Positions 49,601-63,933 are shown, counted from the stretch's first letter. The stretch is 64,000 bases of DNA from Albugo candida (GCA_040437565.1 JBDOQK010000002.1:930001-994000); one strand, 5' to 3'. Program-made: numbers and translations. Notes: generated by a model from the letters alone, not told the origin.

Positions 49601-52600
49601 TCACTGCCTTCTGCATGGAACGCCGGACGAGGTGCTTCCGCAGTTGTTGAAACCTCTCTCTCCATCGTCTTTGTTGAAATGCTGACAAATGCCACTTCAA
49701 AAGGATTTTGAGTTTCAGAACGGCGTTGAAATGCTGAATAGAAAGCTTCTGAGATTGCTTACGCTCACGCATATCGCTTACATACACAATCCAGCAGTGG
49801 AATGATTTTGAGATGAAACTTCTATGCATGAAAGCTGCGCCCAATCGTTTGCGCTTCGACTTTGCAGAAAACGTCTTCCAATGATGCCAAATTTGTCTGC
49901 TAAGAGTAATATTCCTACGAGCTTGCACTACCATCTCATGATGATGTATTCGTTTGGTTTTGCAAGTCAATCGGCGCCAATCACGAAATGATTTATAGAT
50001 CAGGTGTGTAGCAAACCATTCGGATGCCATCGACTTTTTCGCACGGAATGGAATGACGTGGGTATGATATCTTTTCCATGATTGTAGAGCAAACCGATAG
50101 CTGTACAATCGGAAAAAGTCATCTGCGACAGCTGAATATTCACCCCTTTGAGCGGTATTCATTGTGATTGTCTTCCAGCAGTGTAAAGTTGTGCTTAGAA
50201 TTCTTTGCTTAGAAGCAGTTTGAAAGTTTACGCAAAGTACGCGGATCCTCCAACGTTTCAGCATACTTTTCACCCTTTTCTGCACACACTTTCGTCGAGA
50301 TAGACGAGCAATTTCTTTACGACACCGATTCTGCATTGCGAATAGAGTCCAAGAGTGAAAGAATGGTCGTTTACAGAGTTCCCTCCGCGAAAATGTTTGG
50401 AAGGTTGTCGAAACTTTACGTGTCAGTTTTGAGTAGCTCACGTAAGATCGCCATACATTCCAGCTTTTGGTCTTGACGGTTCTTGAATATCGCTCTTGCT
50501 GATGCTTGATCTTGAGGCGTATCATCCAAATTCTCTTCCAAGATACCCATATCGACAACTTTCTCGCACGCAACATCAAAGAACCGAGCTCCCAGCCTTT
50601 TTGACGTTGAAGGGCGCTTTGGGAATGCTTCCAGACCGAAACATACTTGATTAATCTTCTCATTTGCCATTGAATTTGTGCTTTAATCAATTTCTTTGTA
50701 TGATGGATACAGGACTTCCATGTCTGAAACGCACTTTCTGTAGATAATATTCTCAGCCTTAGCTTCCTTTTCTTTTCTATTTCCCGCAACTTTCCAGCGA
50801 CGATCCAATTACCCTGCAAAATCGCTAGAGCGAACTTTTTCAGCTGCATTTTGTGCAGCTCGCAAGCATGACGTAGACTCCTTTCTCTGTCTTTCCACTC
50901 ACGATACCTCTTGACCCAGTTATACACAAAGTATCGTCGGAGCAAGCATTTCGTTTGAAATAATTCACATTTCTGTTGCTCTTCATTCCTTAAAACATGA
51001 GACTTGACCAGCTTTTTCCATTGTTGTACACCGACAAAGAGTCGTAGATGCTTACTGATGCGTTTCAAAAGTTCGGGATCATAGCATAATGTTTTTATTT
51101 TATCCCCNNNNNNNNNNNNNNNNNNNNNNNNNNNNNNNNNNNNNNNNNNNNNNNNNNNNNNNNNNNNNNNNNNNNNNNNNNNNNNNNNNNNNNNNNNNNN
51201 NNNNNNNGCTGCATTTTGTGCAGCTCGCAAGCATGACGTAGACTCCTTTCTCTGTCTTTCCACTCACGATACCTCTTGACCCAGTTATACACAAAGTATC
51301 GTCGGAGCAAGCATTTCGTTTGAAATAATTCACATTTCTGTTGCTCTTCATTCCTTAAAACATGAGACTTGACCAGCTTTTTCCATTGTTGTACACCGAC
51401 AAAGAGTCGTAGATGCTTACTGATGCGTTTCAAAAGTTCGGGATCATAGCATAATGTTTTTATTTTATCCCCGAAACGAGGGCTCAAAACAGCCATCAGG
51501 GTAAATAGCTTCCACACATTTATGATGTGTTGTGCTGCATTCCGATTTCGACTCGCCTCAAGGATACTTTCACTTGTTCGTTGTAGCGTTTTCACTTTTG
51601 TGAGCTGATTCCATCTACTATAAGCTGACTGAACTATCCGCTGGCGTTGTATCGATCGTGCAATAGCATCCTGTTTTCGACGATCTCGAAAAAACTGGGT
51701 GTTCAGATACCAATTGGCAACTGCTTTCATTTTACATCGCGTGGATGTACAAGCTCTCAAAAAACGAACAGCTTGGCGCCTTCTTGCAACAAAATTAAAT
51801 TTGCCTAGTATTTCGACTTGGATGATTTTCGAAGCAGACTGCTGAAGAATTGATGAGTACCTTCTAAACACCGCTTTTGTTGCGTGATATTGTTTCCAAT
51901 GTGCCCATATTCGATGTGCCACATGCTGCCGCCAAAATCTTGCACCTGCGAGAATCAATTCTTCTCGAGCACAGCTTTCATCTTTTGCCCACTTTGACCA
52001 TATTTTGAAAGCATAATATATCATTCTGAGATGCAATTTTGAATGATCCAAGCGTTTCAGATTAGCGATGGTAAAGGATCGTCGTAATTTTTGCTGATTT
52101 TGTGCTGCGACATCACGTTTGATCTTGGTTGCTTGTAAAAATGGCCCTGATCTCGACATTTGTATTGAACTAGTGCTATCAGAACTTTTGTTTGGTCTTA
52201 AAGGGGTAGAACTTGGTGAGACTGCTACCAACGGTGCCACAGAGTGTTGCTGAAGACGATGGTCGTGTCGCTGAAATTCAAATGCTAGAAGAAATGGAAT
52301 GGGGAGCGGAGAAGTAGCCGCATTATCCAGCGGTTGTGAGGCTGAAGCTCCTTTTAGATAACTTCTGTTCTTAAGAATCATATCGGCTCGCTCTGATTGC
52401 CTCATTGAATTCCGATGACACTGCTTCCACCGAGCCAAGTACTTTTCGAGCGTCTTGTGCTTCCAGTAGAAAAAAGCAATGTAGTCCTCAACCTTACCAG
52501 CATTGATTTTGCTCTCATAATCTTTCGTCAAAATGGAACTTCCTTCCACATCTTCTCGAGTACTTGAAGGGTGCCTAGTAGCTACAACTTTATTCATAAT

Positions 52601-52702
52601 GATCGATGTCTTTGTCGGGTCACTCGATTTATAAATCGCTCTATAATGCTCTTCACGTGTGCAGGGTGAATTAGTTCGTGAATCATTACCACTCAACCGC
52701 AT
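46689..52702 (-). CDS. SFI1: Sfi1-like centrin-binding repeat protein
   Basis: Dozens of L-x3-F-x2-W[KR] repeats at 20-35 aa spacing in a basic helical protein. Collapsing the gap (100 N + 265 bp duplicate) gives one frame of about 1882 aa. Orthology to SFI1 itself is not proven. Confidence 0.72.
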
Positions 52703-52921
52703 TGCGAGCGCAACAAATGTGTATAGGACAGCGACTTACAATTCACCTTGTGTCATCTGCGGAGCGCCTCCGAAAAAGCATTTGTAGCGTCGGTTGATGA
52801 AAGGTTTGTATGTACACTGCATCAAGAAATCTTTAGATTCGATCTGATTAACTCGATACTTTTAAAAGAAAAGAGACTCACATATATTGTTTGATATTTA
52901 AGATATAAAAAGTGTTGCGCT

Positions 52922-53512
52922 CTATAGCTTACTAGGCTCAGATTTTTCACAGCTGTGCGGATCGACCGAAGATGCGACAAATCCATTTGTGCCATACATC
53001 GACCTATTTGAGGAATAAAAAGCAAACCCTTCTTCCAATTGTTTTGATCGATTTGGCATAAATAGTCCAAGACTCAATGCCAATGACCCTGTCGTGATTG
53101 CCAACACACCAGCAGCAGATCCGATCCATCCAATGGCATGCGCAATGCCGACATCTAGAATCCCAATGAAGAAAAGGACAGCTGCGTAGCCACGATAATG
53201 AAAAAAGAACCCAAAATTATTGCGCAACATTTCTTCAGTCATTCCAAAACGACATTCAAAACATAAAAGCAGCATTGCAAAAGCGGATGTATAGAGCGCG
53301 ATCAATGTGAGGGCAAAATCCATTTCGAACATTTGACGCACAACAAGCAAACCAGCAAGGATTTGTGTCAGCGCAGTAAACACAGATAAACTTTTAATCA
53401 CCAAAACAGCTCGAGAAATATGCGATAGCTGTGACTGAACTCTATCATAGGTACTTTCAATTGTGCGCGGCGTGCCATTCAATCCTTCATCTTCCTTCAT
53501 CTTCGGGTGCAT
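52922..53512 (-). CDS. COPI-associated/TVP15-like Golgi membrane protein
   Basis: 196 aa with about four hydrophobic helices and the motif LLLCFE...LRNNFGFFFHYRGYAAVLFFIG typical of this family. Confidence 0.7.
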   Translation of the reverse strand: MHPKMKEDEGLNGTPRTIESTYDRVQSQLSHISRAVLVIKSLSVFTALTQILAGLLVVRQMFEMDFALTLIALYTSAFAMLLLCFECRFGMTEEMLRNNFGFFFHYRGYAAVLFFIGILDVGIAHAIGWIGSAAGVLAITTGSLALSLGLFMPNRSKQLEEGFAFYSSNRSMYGTNGFVASSVDPHSCEKSEPSKL

Positions 53513-53852
53513 TTTTTAGTCTAGAATGAATACAGTCGTCGTGAAACTAATTCATTGCTAAATTTATCATCTGTTCAACTCCGGTGCAGTGAAATATGTC
53601 GCCCTTTCGGTTTGTTTAGTAAAGCTATATTTGATTCCCAATGGCGCATTGGTCGGTCACGGCATTGTATAATCTAGGAGGTGCACTTGATACATCAACC
53701 CCGAATCATAACATATATCGGATGGATTGAGTTGGTCTTACTCGTTGCAGTATTGAATAGATCACTTCATTTAGTGTAATCGTTCTCTTATTTACTTGAG
53801 CTTTCATATTGATTCTGATCAACTATGCCAATGTGACTAGTCGAACCATTGA

Positions 53853-56800
53853 CATGACGGACTTTTCACTTGATCAACTTAGAGAAGAAGCGTTAAATGA
53901 GTGGCTATCTCTTGGATTTGATGCCAGCACATTTTCCTTAGAAAAGCTGACGAGTATATTTTACTATGATTCCAAGCCTGATGAGTTCTAAACTTTTAAT
54001 TGATAAGAGACCTGGCTCATACAGGACCATAAAAGTATAGATGCCACTGAAGGAGAAGAGCTATTCAAAGCAAAGCAAGAACTTCTACGGGAATACCATG
54101 CTGGTAGCACACCTTTTCGGGATCTGAGCAAAATTGGAAAAGCAATTGCGAAAAGAATCACCTCGAGAATTGAGGGAACAACCGGTGCTTTTCTATCAAA
54201 TCCGAAGTTACAAGTCCGGCAACATGCGATTGATGCACGAAAAATGAGCCAAGATAGTACTCGGTACCAGTCACACAAATTTAGCATTCATGCGGGTTTT
54301 AGACAGGAAAAAGTGAACGATGGTTTCAAGCAAAAAAATACTTGCTCGAAGCACATGGAAACACTTAAAACTAGGGGACAGAAAAGAAGTAAGACTGCAT
54401 CAGCTGAAAATGATGTACAACAGCTTCCGAGTATCGAGGTAGCGTAACATCTATTTGTTCTAGACCTTTTTTCTTCTGAATTTCACATACATAGCCAAGA
54501 CAAGAAACGCTAAAGCCAATTGGCCAAGACCATTGCGTCCAAAAAGTGTTCGAGGAAGAGCTTCTGAGAAGAGAGCTTAATGAGAGATTTTGGAAACAAA
54601 AGAATAATGAAGGGAAAGTTCGTGCGGTATCCATCAAAAATAGCAAAGGTATGATTCGAAGCAACTCTGAGCAGAGGTACGAAATTCAGCAAAACAGCAT
54701 TTGGAGTCGCAATCTGTTTTGCCTCGTAGTTCTACGAGATTTTCACTCATTACTGATGAAAATCTATCCATCATAAAAAAATACTTGGAAGGTAACAGAC
54801 GAAATGGCTTTTCCCATATGACTCTTGATATTTCTTAAATGCAGGAACATTCTCTCGATCTTGCTCCGATGATATTGAGAAATCGAAACTTGAGAAATTG
54901 AGAAAGATGAAAGCTTCTGACGTCAAATCACTCAGGGGGAAGATCGATGATTCAAAGGATATCCAAGGAAGCTCTGCAACTGAGCACGAAACTATTGCAC
55001 GACTACTTGAGACACAAATCGTGCAGCTCGAAAATATTGGACTGAAGCAACAAATCATCCAAAGTAGTATCAAAGGCCCTCCTCGACGCGATCCGACTAA
55101 AAACGAGAAAATTGAGCTCCATGAGCTGGCACTACAGAAAAAAAATTGTGGGAATCAAATCGCTACGTTGGAGGCTCGGCGCGCAAAACTTCAAATAAGA
55201 ATTGAATGCTTCGAACAATCACGTTCAGATTTGACTGAAGAATTGAATCGCTTGCTACAAGATAAGAGTTATCATGGAAGGAACAAGAAGCCTAATACAA
55301 GTTGTGAGCTTCCTGGTATCGCTGAGCGCCCTGTGGACACGCGTCAACCGATAGGTGACATGCATTCAGAAGAGGATTATAAATCGAAGACATTGATACT
55401 CGATAATACAAAGAATATATCAAAAACTCAGCAAAACTACACGACAGTCACAAGGAATACGAGGCTTCGCTTGTTAGAACAGCGATTAGATCCAATCTAT
55501 CGAGCAACAGAGAGCTTGAAGAATAGTGCTGCTCAGCGGTGGTGCCTACAGATAATGGAAGACTCACAACATGAAGAGATCAGATTGCTGAAAAGTCAAG
55601 TGGATGAGAATCAGGCGAAGCAGCTTGAGACCAGAAGAACATTACGGCGGTCTGAATGCTGCGACGAGATCAAGCAATTTCACGTAACCTCGACTTTTAG
55701 TCTGATATCCGATAATTGATGCTAATCGTTACTACGTAAATGCGACAGCGCGCGAAAACACTGAGAAATGCGTCGCATGCAATTGCAGATAGCTTAAAAC
55801 TGTGGGAACATTGTGCTGGGATACATATTAGTAACTTCCGATACTTGGAGCCGCTACAGATAATTACTTTGGAGCAAGATGATCTCGAAGGTTTCTTGTG
55901 TGGGAGCTTTGAATTGCCCAGATGTCTCACGTATCGCTTCGAGCTTCACGTAGATACAAACTTACTAGAAGCGCAGACTTATACTAATGATTGTGTTGAA
56001 ATGCTAGGTTGAACAATTACCGATTCCCCGTATATCGAGCAAAGTCTCTTATCAGAATCTCAACTACGATCTCAAGATATTCGCCGGGCCTTGTATGAAG
56101 GATCTTCATGGAGTAGACTGTGGTGTGCATCTTTTTCAGGTTCTTGGCTTACGCATGTGTTAGATACTCAGGCAGTAGCGTTATTTTTGTTTGTAGGAAG
56201 GTAGGATTCATCGCCACAGTTTTCAATTCTACGGAAAAGCTATGTTTTTTCGCATCGAGATGAAGAACGTGTTGACAAGCCTTTCAGATACTCGCAACTC
56301 CGTGAATGATCCTCTTCCACAGTTTCGGTCAGAATGGCTACCTGCTATTCAAAATTCAGTTCATTACAAGGAATATACGGAAAAAATACATCCACAGCGT
56401 GCAACCAACATACCGAATGTAGATCACTTTGTTTCCAATTTTGTTGAGCCACTCCGTGTGGAAAGAGAGCTTTGCGGAGGCTCTGATCGGTACAATATTC
56501 TTTTAGAAAATCGCATAAAAGCAAGGCGTAAACTAGATCAGAGTCGCTGGGATACGACTGAATACAAGCATCACGCAAACGCAAAAGAGGTATGCGCTAG
56601 AAGTACACAAAGAGATCAAACGCTGATGTGTGATTGATCATTTCAAGATCGTTGAGACCGAACAAAGTATTACCGCAGCGCGTCCGAAGACAGAAACCGT
56701 GCCCACAGTCAAAGTCGTGTTGCACGGAGGACGATCCCCATCAAGATCAAGGTACAGCTTATTGAGATGTAGTTATTCATCATAATGACATAATGCTGAC

Positions 56801-57010
56801 TCAGCAGAGATATCAGCGCTAAAAGGACTTATTCAGAGAAAGAGAGTCCATCTTTCTCCCGATGTGAAGAAGGAATGGATTTTTTTGACATGCCTGTATT
56901 ACAAGTCGAAATGAAAGGACATAACGAGTCATCAGACTCGGTCCACAAGGAAGGCGATGAAATTTGCATACTATCTGTAAGCTTTTAAGTCTATCTGAGA
57001 TTGTATTCAC
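53853..57010 (+). CDS. Multi-exon hypothetical coiled-coil protein (possibly the 5' part of the gene continuing to 60313)
   Basis: Successive plus-strand open stretches (53853, ~54025-54438, ~54496-54648, ~54844-55673, 55740-56012, ~56200-56589, ~56648-56751) separated by short intron-sized segments. Exact junctions are unresolved. Confidence 0.45.
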
Positions 57011-57021
57011 TCTCTACGATA

Positions 57022-60000
57022 GGGAAGCTTATCAAAGTGCGCGAGTGCCAGTATACCATCCCAACCTCAAAGTTATTCGGATGAAAATCCCTTATCAAAG
57101 GAAGGATTTTTACTAGAAGAATCTGATGGGAAACACCCACTCAAAGCAGTCAAAGAATCATTCAACATAATGCAGCGGGATAATTCGATAAAGCAAGAAC
57201 GAGACACATCAGAGAAGGATCGATTAGATGAGTTACTCACGAATGCGCACGCTAAGCAAGATCGGGAGCGAGCTTTGAAGAATCTTAACCGTGAGGGATA
57301 CCGAGATCTCACGTACAATAAGAACATATTTGTGAAAGAAGTTATGAAGCGTTCGATGCATGTCAGGGACGAAAAAACGCTCCATCATCACAAGATTGGC
57401 GATAGGGATCGTCAAGAAGTTAAGTACAAAAGAGGAACTGAAATGATGGCTCTGAGGAGCAAAAACCTGGTAAAAAAAGAGGATATAATGAAGGCTCTTC
57501 AACGCCGGGAGCGTTTGATGAATGTAGGGAAACTGGAGATGAGGATCGAAAAGTCGACTTTGTTGACGAAAAAGCTCGAGTTCGCTGCACCTGAGGTTGA
57601 TCCCACGACATTATTGACTTTTTCCGACGCAAACCAATGCTCTGATCTTAACCCCTACCAAGAGCGTATCGTGATTCCTCAAATTGATGTCAGGAGCCTA
57701 TTGGAAGGCCCAAATTGTGACGGTACCATTGCTACCAATGTGTACGACAAAGAGTTTGGTGAGATGGAATTGACAGAATCTCACTTTTACGATAATACTC
57801 GGCAGAGATGTATCGATAAATTACATGCTCGACACAATCTAAAAGACAGTGTAGACGAAGCCGTTGTTCACAGGTCAAGTCTACTGTATCAAAGACTTGT
57901 GGAGGAACGTCACCGTGTTGCATTCCATGATAAGATCCAATTTTATAGTCGTTTGAGGCACTTCCAGATACGAATTCAACAGCTCACGGACGAAATTGCA
58001 TACAGATATCTGGAGCAAGGCAGAATGAAGGGAGAGAACGTCGAGTTGGAAGGAATGCTGGCGGTAATGAAATCTCGTGTCAGAACATATGAAAGAGAAT
58101 ACTATCAAGCTTACTCAGTCGTGGTAGAACTTGATAATTCACAGGAAATATTGAAGTCTTCTTCCACGGAGGTCACTCTATTGAGGAGTGAGCACCAAAT
58201 CGCGCTTCAAAAATGTGAAACCCTCGATCATATATTCAATAAGGAAGAGTCACGGCTGCACGCACTTCAGAGAGTATGCCATATAATGGAGAGTCGACTT
58301 CAAAAAATGAATCAGTATCATCGATTTCGAGAGTCTGTATTTGCCGCTTTACAAAAAAGTTTGATCAAGACAGCCTCTGAATGTGGGAAATTGCGTGAGT
58401 CTATTTTGCGAAGTTCACTACAGGAGCCTGGGAGGAAAGTGATGACGCCACTTGGTCTCGGAATTGTGAAAGAAAGTAGAGAGAATGATGGAAAAAGCTG
58501 TGTTTTTCTTCCGGTATTAGAAGCTACTATCCATACTAGCATCGAGCATCTCTTACTGCATGAATTTAAAATTGTCAATGAAGAAGAAATTGCAATGCGA
58601 GCTGAAGAAGACAAAACTAGATCACAGGTGCTGTTGACCGCGCAAAGAGAAGCTAGCGCACGTCATTGCATGCAAAGCGAAGATTTAAACGTCAGCAAGT
58701 TGATACTTAGTCGGCGACAGTCCGGTTCAGCCACCAAATTGATTGTGGAATCAGTATGCGAGACGAAATGGCAACATAATTATAAATCGGAGCTCGATAA
58801 CCGATTGAAGCTTGGGGATATCGGGAGTGTCTCTACATCCCTGGTAGCTCAGAATACTGGAAGGGCCGATGAACGGTCAGGATGCATCGAACAACATGAC
58901 CTGTATAACTTCGGTCCAGTATCCCAGAAACCTACCCAAAAAATGTTTCTGACAAGTATGTGGTTTCCAAGTCGGTCGTCGGTGATGTTACAGAGGTTCG
59001 CGCCTATCGTGAGTATCAACGATATGCAATTATTGACGCGTCTTAATCGTCTATGGGAAGACCGCAAGAAGGAGCTTAGGGAGCAGTACGGTGCTTGGCA
59101 CAAAGAGCGGGTTACGCATCAAGTGTCTGTACTTCAATGCCGAGAATATGAAATGCATTTAAATGAGATTGCTGAACAACGCCAACAACAACTTCAAATG
59201 CTTTTAGAAGAGAAAAGTTGCCGGCGTTTCTATCAATGGGATAAACTTCGGACGGCCCGCGAACAAGAGGATATGGCACTGGAAGAGTCTTTGATGAAGT
59301 TAATTTCGACCGTTGAAGCGAAGTATACTTCCACTCACTCTATACTACGACGTCAACACGGTCATTCGGATGGTACAGCGGATAGACGTTTACAAATTAA
59401 GCTCGAAAAAAAGGTGAGACTTCACCTGCAAAAACTTAGGGCGCAAATGCGTCAAGAAGATGACTCGGAATGTAAGATACAAATGGTTGACAATAGATCA
59501 ATAGAAATACCAGCTCAAAACGACTACGATTGGTCTCTAATTACAGCGGAACATGCAGCTACAAAACTGATAGACGAAAGTAGTCTCAATTTGAAGATTG
59601 CAAAGGCTTGCTATATGCAGAAGCTGAGTCAGTGCGAGCTTGAATGGATGAGATTGAGTGAACACATTTCGAGCTTAGTCATCTCCCTCGAGTATATGAA
59701 AACGGAGGTTGATCATCACACTTTGTCTCTACAACGTATTGCAAAAAAAACAAGGGAACTCGCGGAGAGCCTCAAAAATATAAGAGATCGTATGCAAGAA
59801 AGCAACCGGAGACTAGCCGAGACTAAAAACAAGATGGAAGCCGCTCAAGAGCTCAATCAAAAGGCCTCTGCTCGCTTCGAATACGTTAAAGCACAGAATA
59901 CTAGCATGGACTCGGAACTCCTTCATGGAACAAATCAACGTTATGAGACACGGGAGCTGCTTCATAGTTTGCAAGAGCTTTATTTCACGTCGCTTATCGA

Positions 60001-60313
60001 CTTTCTGATTTCTCACGCCGTGAAAGAGCATCATGCTCACAAGATGAAGTCAGCTGATGACTATCTTAAGCACCTTACTTTCGAACGAAATTGCAAGACG
60101 GAAAAAATGAAAGTTCTTCGAAGTAAACATCATCGTCAGGATTTGATGAGTCTGAAACGTTCACAATTGCCAATCTTTAAGATAAGTAGACGTATAGCCC
60201 TATCAAACAGCTTTTCACGATGGAAAATGTATCGGTCACAAAGCATTCGCGTACGGGCAATCTTTGACTTGAAGTACCAGATAATTCTACAAAATCAGAC
60301 CGCACAAGAATAA
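57022..60313 (+). CDS. Large coiled-coil hypothetical protein (terminal exon or separate gene)
   Basis: 1047-aa ORF from the ATG at 57170, probably open from a splice acceptor near 57021. E/K/R/Q/L-rich heptads; no family recognised. Confidence 0.75.
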
Positions 60314-61028
60314 CGACACGCCATTTTGACTTCGCTGGCATCCAGGTGGATGAAAGCTTATTGAAGGTGAATTACGCAGCATGAGAAATGGACTGATAGA
60401 TTGAATCTTTGCATGCAACATTTCCTGCGGAGGTTCTGTAATATGGTCGGTGCCAAGTCATTGTGTGCCACTAGTGAACAGCGCAAAATGAACACAGAAG
60501 CGACTAAGTCGCACCCGAGGTCCCTTTTCTTGTGAAACTTCCCAACAGCAGCTTATTTGAATATATGCGTCTGATGGGATGCCTTGCAGTCTTCGGCTAC
60601 AGCACGAGACACGAGACATCCCTTATAGTAAATAAAAGAACGTATTATTCGTTCTCAAATCGCCTGATCAGCACGCTAAACTTCATTCTGCTAGACATCG
60701 GCCTGGGTAGCTCTACTGTGACAGACACTGCGAAATCAAGTGGTGAAGAAGATCTATCAGCGACGGAAGAGTAGCTCAATATTCTCCAAATTTGAAGAGA
60801 TTATGCCTCGAGTGTATTTTAAGCAGTACATAAGTTGCATGTTGATGCCGAGCGTAAAGATCAATTTTCTACAGAGACGAGTAACAAAGCAAACAATCGC
60901 TACAGTATGATATTTATGTCTACAAATGTAACATGTGCGCGTTGTATACGACATCCAGCCTAGCGAATAGGATTGCCGAATAGAACGATAAACTTGTATC
61001 GTATCTACTGATTTACAGCACCCACTAA

Positions 61029-63933
61029 ATGGGCGACCGGAACAATGATGCCAGATTGCTTGACCTGGACACATCGAATTGTGAGCAATACAAAGTTTCC
61101 GATCTGCTCATTAAGCTTCGTGACAAAATGTTACACCAACAAAATACGAAAAGCGCATTCAGTGATATTATTTATTTGTATGAGAAAATACTCACACATG
61201 TATGCCGAGCCTTGCTGGATCTTTTGGACTTTTACGAGATCTCATGTTTCATAGAGAAGCATGAGAAGTAAAGAGAATGATTATGAATTCATGATTTCCC
61301 TGCAACGGTGTTATCGCAAACTGAAAGAAAATCCATCGAGGACGTAAGCATCTGATCACAATCGACATTCGACCTGAGTCATCAACTGTCTCGCAGTTTT
61401 TGCAATGCGTTAGAGCACGGAAAAAGTGCTGAGAATCTTGCCTTTATACTGCCCGATATTTTTGCACGTGAGCGTAGTAATCAAATCTTGTGGTCAAATG
61501 TTTTGAGCTGTGACTACCATTCCATTTCAGTCTCCGATGATATCCAGCTACAAGATCCAATAAAATTACTCGTTGCATTGAACGGCTCGATAGATGGTTC
61601 TTCGGAGGTTTTTGTTAAAGCTATCTTGTGCGTATGCTTATGGTTCACGTGCATTGATTATCACAGCCTACACAATCTTCAGAAATGTTCACTTCACAGA
61701 ATAATGAACCGACTTTTTATTATCACAATGATTTTATACAAGCGTCATTTCGACCAGGGAGTCCTTGGTAGTCGTCAGTTGACTTGATGGCCAAGTTCTC
61801 TGTAGTCTTACATATTATTCACATAGTGGAGGAATATGCAATATTGGAGAGGAAAAGGAGCGCGATCGAATTTGGAATGTTTCCAATGGAAATGGAACAA
61901 ATTATTTTTACAGGCAAGCCTCCTATATCAAGGTAAAAAGTAGCCACTACGAATTTTCACGAATTAGCTCACGGGCGACGGAACCTTGCTAGACAGAAGA
62001 AGATATCGAATTTGGTGCCCACAAACAGAGCTTTATTGATTTCTTTCAGAATTTTGCATCCAGGTGATCCGATTATTAATCTCAAAAGTGCCAAACATAA
62101 CCAATTATTGCCATTATGCTCAGAAAAGCTCACAAAACTAAGACTTCTTTCAAACAAGATCAGAAAGAGACTTACAAACTCGGTAAGGCTATCAGGAAGA
62201 GCTTTCAACGAAGTCACTCTATCATCTACAATGGAATAGGTTCCCAACGAATGCTTGAAGAGATTGCTGACGACAAAGATGCTGTTTTTGATGAATCCAA
62301 TTGGAAGATCGAACGCGGTTGGGAGAACTGGTCGGGAAGTGCCAACGCAACGCAATCAGCAAACTTGAACTTTGGCTCAAATGCCGGCGATGAATTGATG
62401 AGACTCGACTTGAAGCTTTCAGATTGTAACATAAGTGATTTGTTGCCCGATTCGCAAGATGTATTGCTAGGAGATCAAGATATAGTAGAGGTATTGACAT
62501 ACCACATGCTTCACTAAACGAGAGACACATCTATTTATTTTTGACAAAAGGAGATGATCAAAGCACTATCTGGAGTTGAATCGGTCTTATTGAGACGTAA
62601 TCTTACTTCAGCGACATTTGAACTTCCGTCTTATCGAATCAAAGTACTGACTGGATCCAACAAAAGCATTACTTCCGCACTAGAGGTGATACATGCTTTC
62701 ACCCGTGAAAATACAAGTTCAGAAATCATCTCTTTACCAGGATATTCGCACTACTGCCACCAATGTTTTTCGACTGGACCTCCTCGCTTTATTTCTAGTA
62801 CAGAACCCAGAAAAGATGGGAAAAACGGCCATTGAATTAGGAAGGTGTATACGATCATACCTTCGGGCTTACCAGGTTCCAAAAGCACACATTTTTTTCT
62901 TCAAAGCTATCTGAATGAAGAATTGTTGTGAGCACAGTCAAAATTGCAGACTATTTTGCAGCAGAATGAACCAACGCTGAGCGGCATACTCTTTTACACA
63001 AAGTCGATCCGGGCACAGATACAATACATTGCAGGACTTTTCCAGTGTGATGGAAGTGAATTCTGGTGCTTGCTACATGGTAGGGTGTTTTTTGGAGTAA
63101 TAGTAATTCTCACACCATTCACAGTCTGTTTTGTCCACAGGCATGTTTCCTCGAGGAGCGGAAATATTGAATTGTTTACATACAGAGCTCATCAATTTGG
63201 AGCGTACGAATGGAAGCTGGCGGCAACTGTCTCTTGTCACGTGGCTTATGAAGAATACAATAAAGCCATATCTTGAACTCCTATGGGAGCTAATTTCGAA
63301 TGGTACCATAGCATCCACCAGCGATCCACATGTGAGTATCTTGCATCAGAAGTCAATAATTGTGATGTTCAAGTCTTAAAACATGAAAAATAGGATGAAT
63401 TTCTAATCAGCACTTGGAGCCGTGAATATTTGAACGCTGAAAGCTCTAAGACATTCAACTCGACATTTCTCAGTACACCAGACTCTGGCATACGACAAAA
63501 TTTATTCCCTAATATTTTGACCGCTAAATTGGCATCCGATATAATTTTCCTGAGCAAAGCTCATCATTTACTGCCACCGGCCTTTCGAATCACTCGATTT
63601 CTACAAACAAGCTTATTCGAGGTTTGAGAAGAATTATGGAAAGTTGTGCCATGACTGATGCTGCATATCGATCAGCTACCTCTCATAGACATTGATTCGA
63701 GTTGGAGGGCCCGTCAGCAACATATGCAAGCGCTGGCTGAGCTCAATAAAATGAATCACGAAGACCATTTATCCAAGCACATGCAATATGGAAAGATCGA
63801 GGAACCAGAAGTTCGATGTGATTCAGGGCCCGCTAGATCCGCTGGACACAAGCGCGCACTGAGTTTTTCCCACCAAACAACGGTAAGGCATCTTATAACT
63901 CTGCATTCCGAGTGGTGTGCTCAAGTCAATTAG
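61029..63933 (+). CDS. Probable intron-rich hypothetical gene (fragmented; may continue beyond the window)
   Basis: A chain of short plus-strand protein-like ORFs (61029, 62116, 62554, 62693, 62944, 63131, 63430, 63658) with intron-sized spacing. No motif recognised; a pseudogene cannot be excluded. Confidence 0.35.

Larger units (their letters stand above)
5058..51207. other. Ten 100-N scaffold gaps: 5058-5157, 10044-10143, 11543-11642, 14512-14611, 20008-20107, 22642-22741, 25142-25241, 38130-38229, 44670-44769, 51108-51207
   Basis: Each run is exactly 100 N. The sequence right of each gap repeats the sequence just left of it (38, 318, 5, 134, 236, 849, 1456, 66, 160, 265 bp). Confidence 0.95.
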
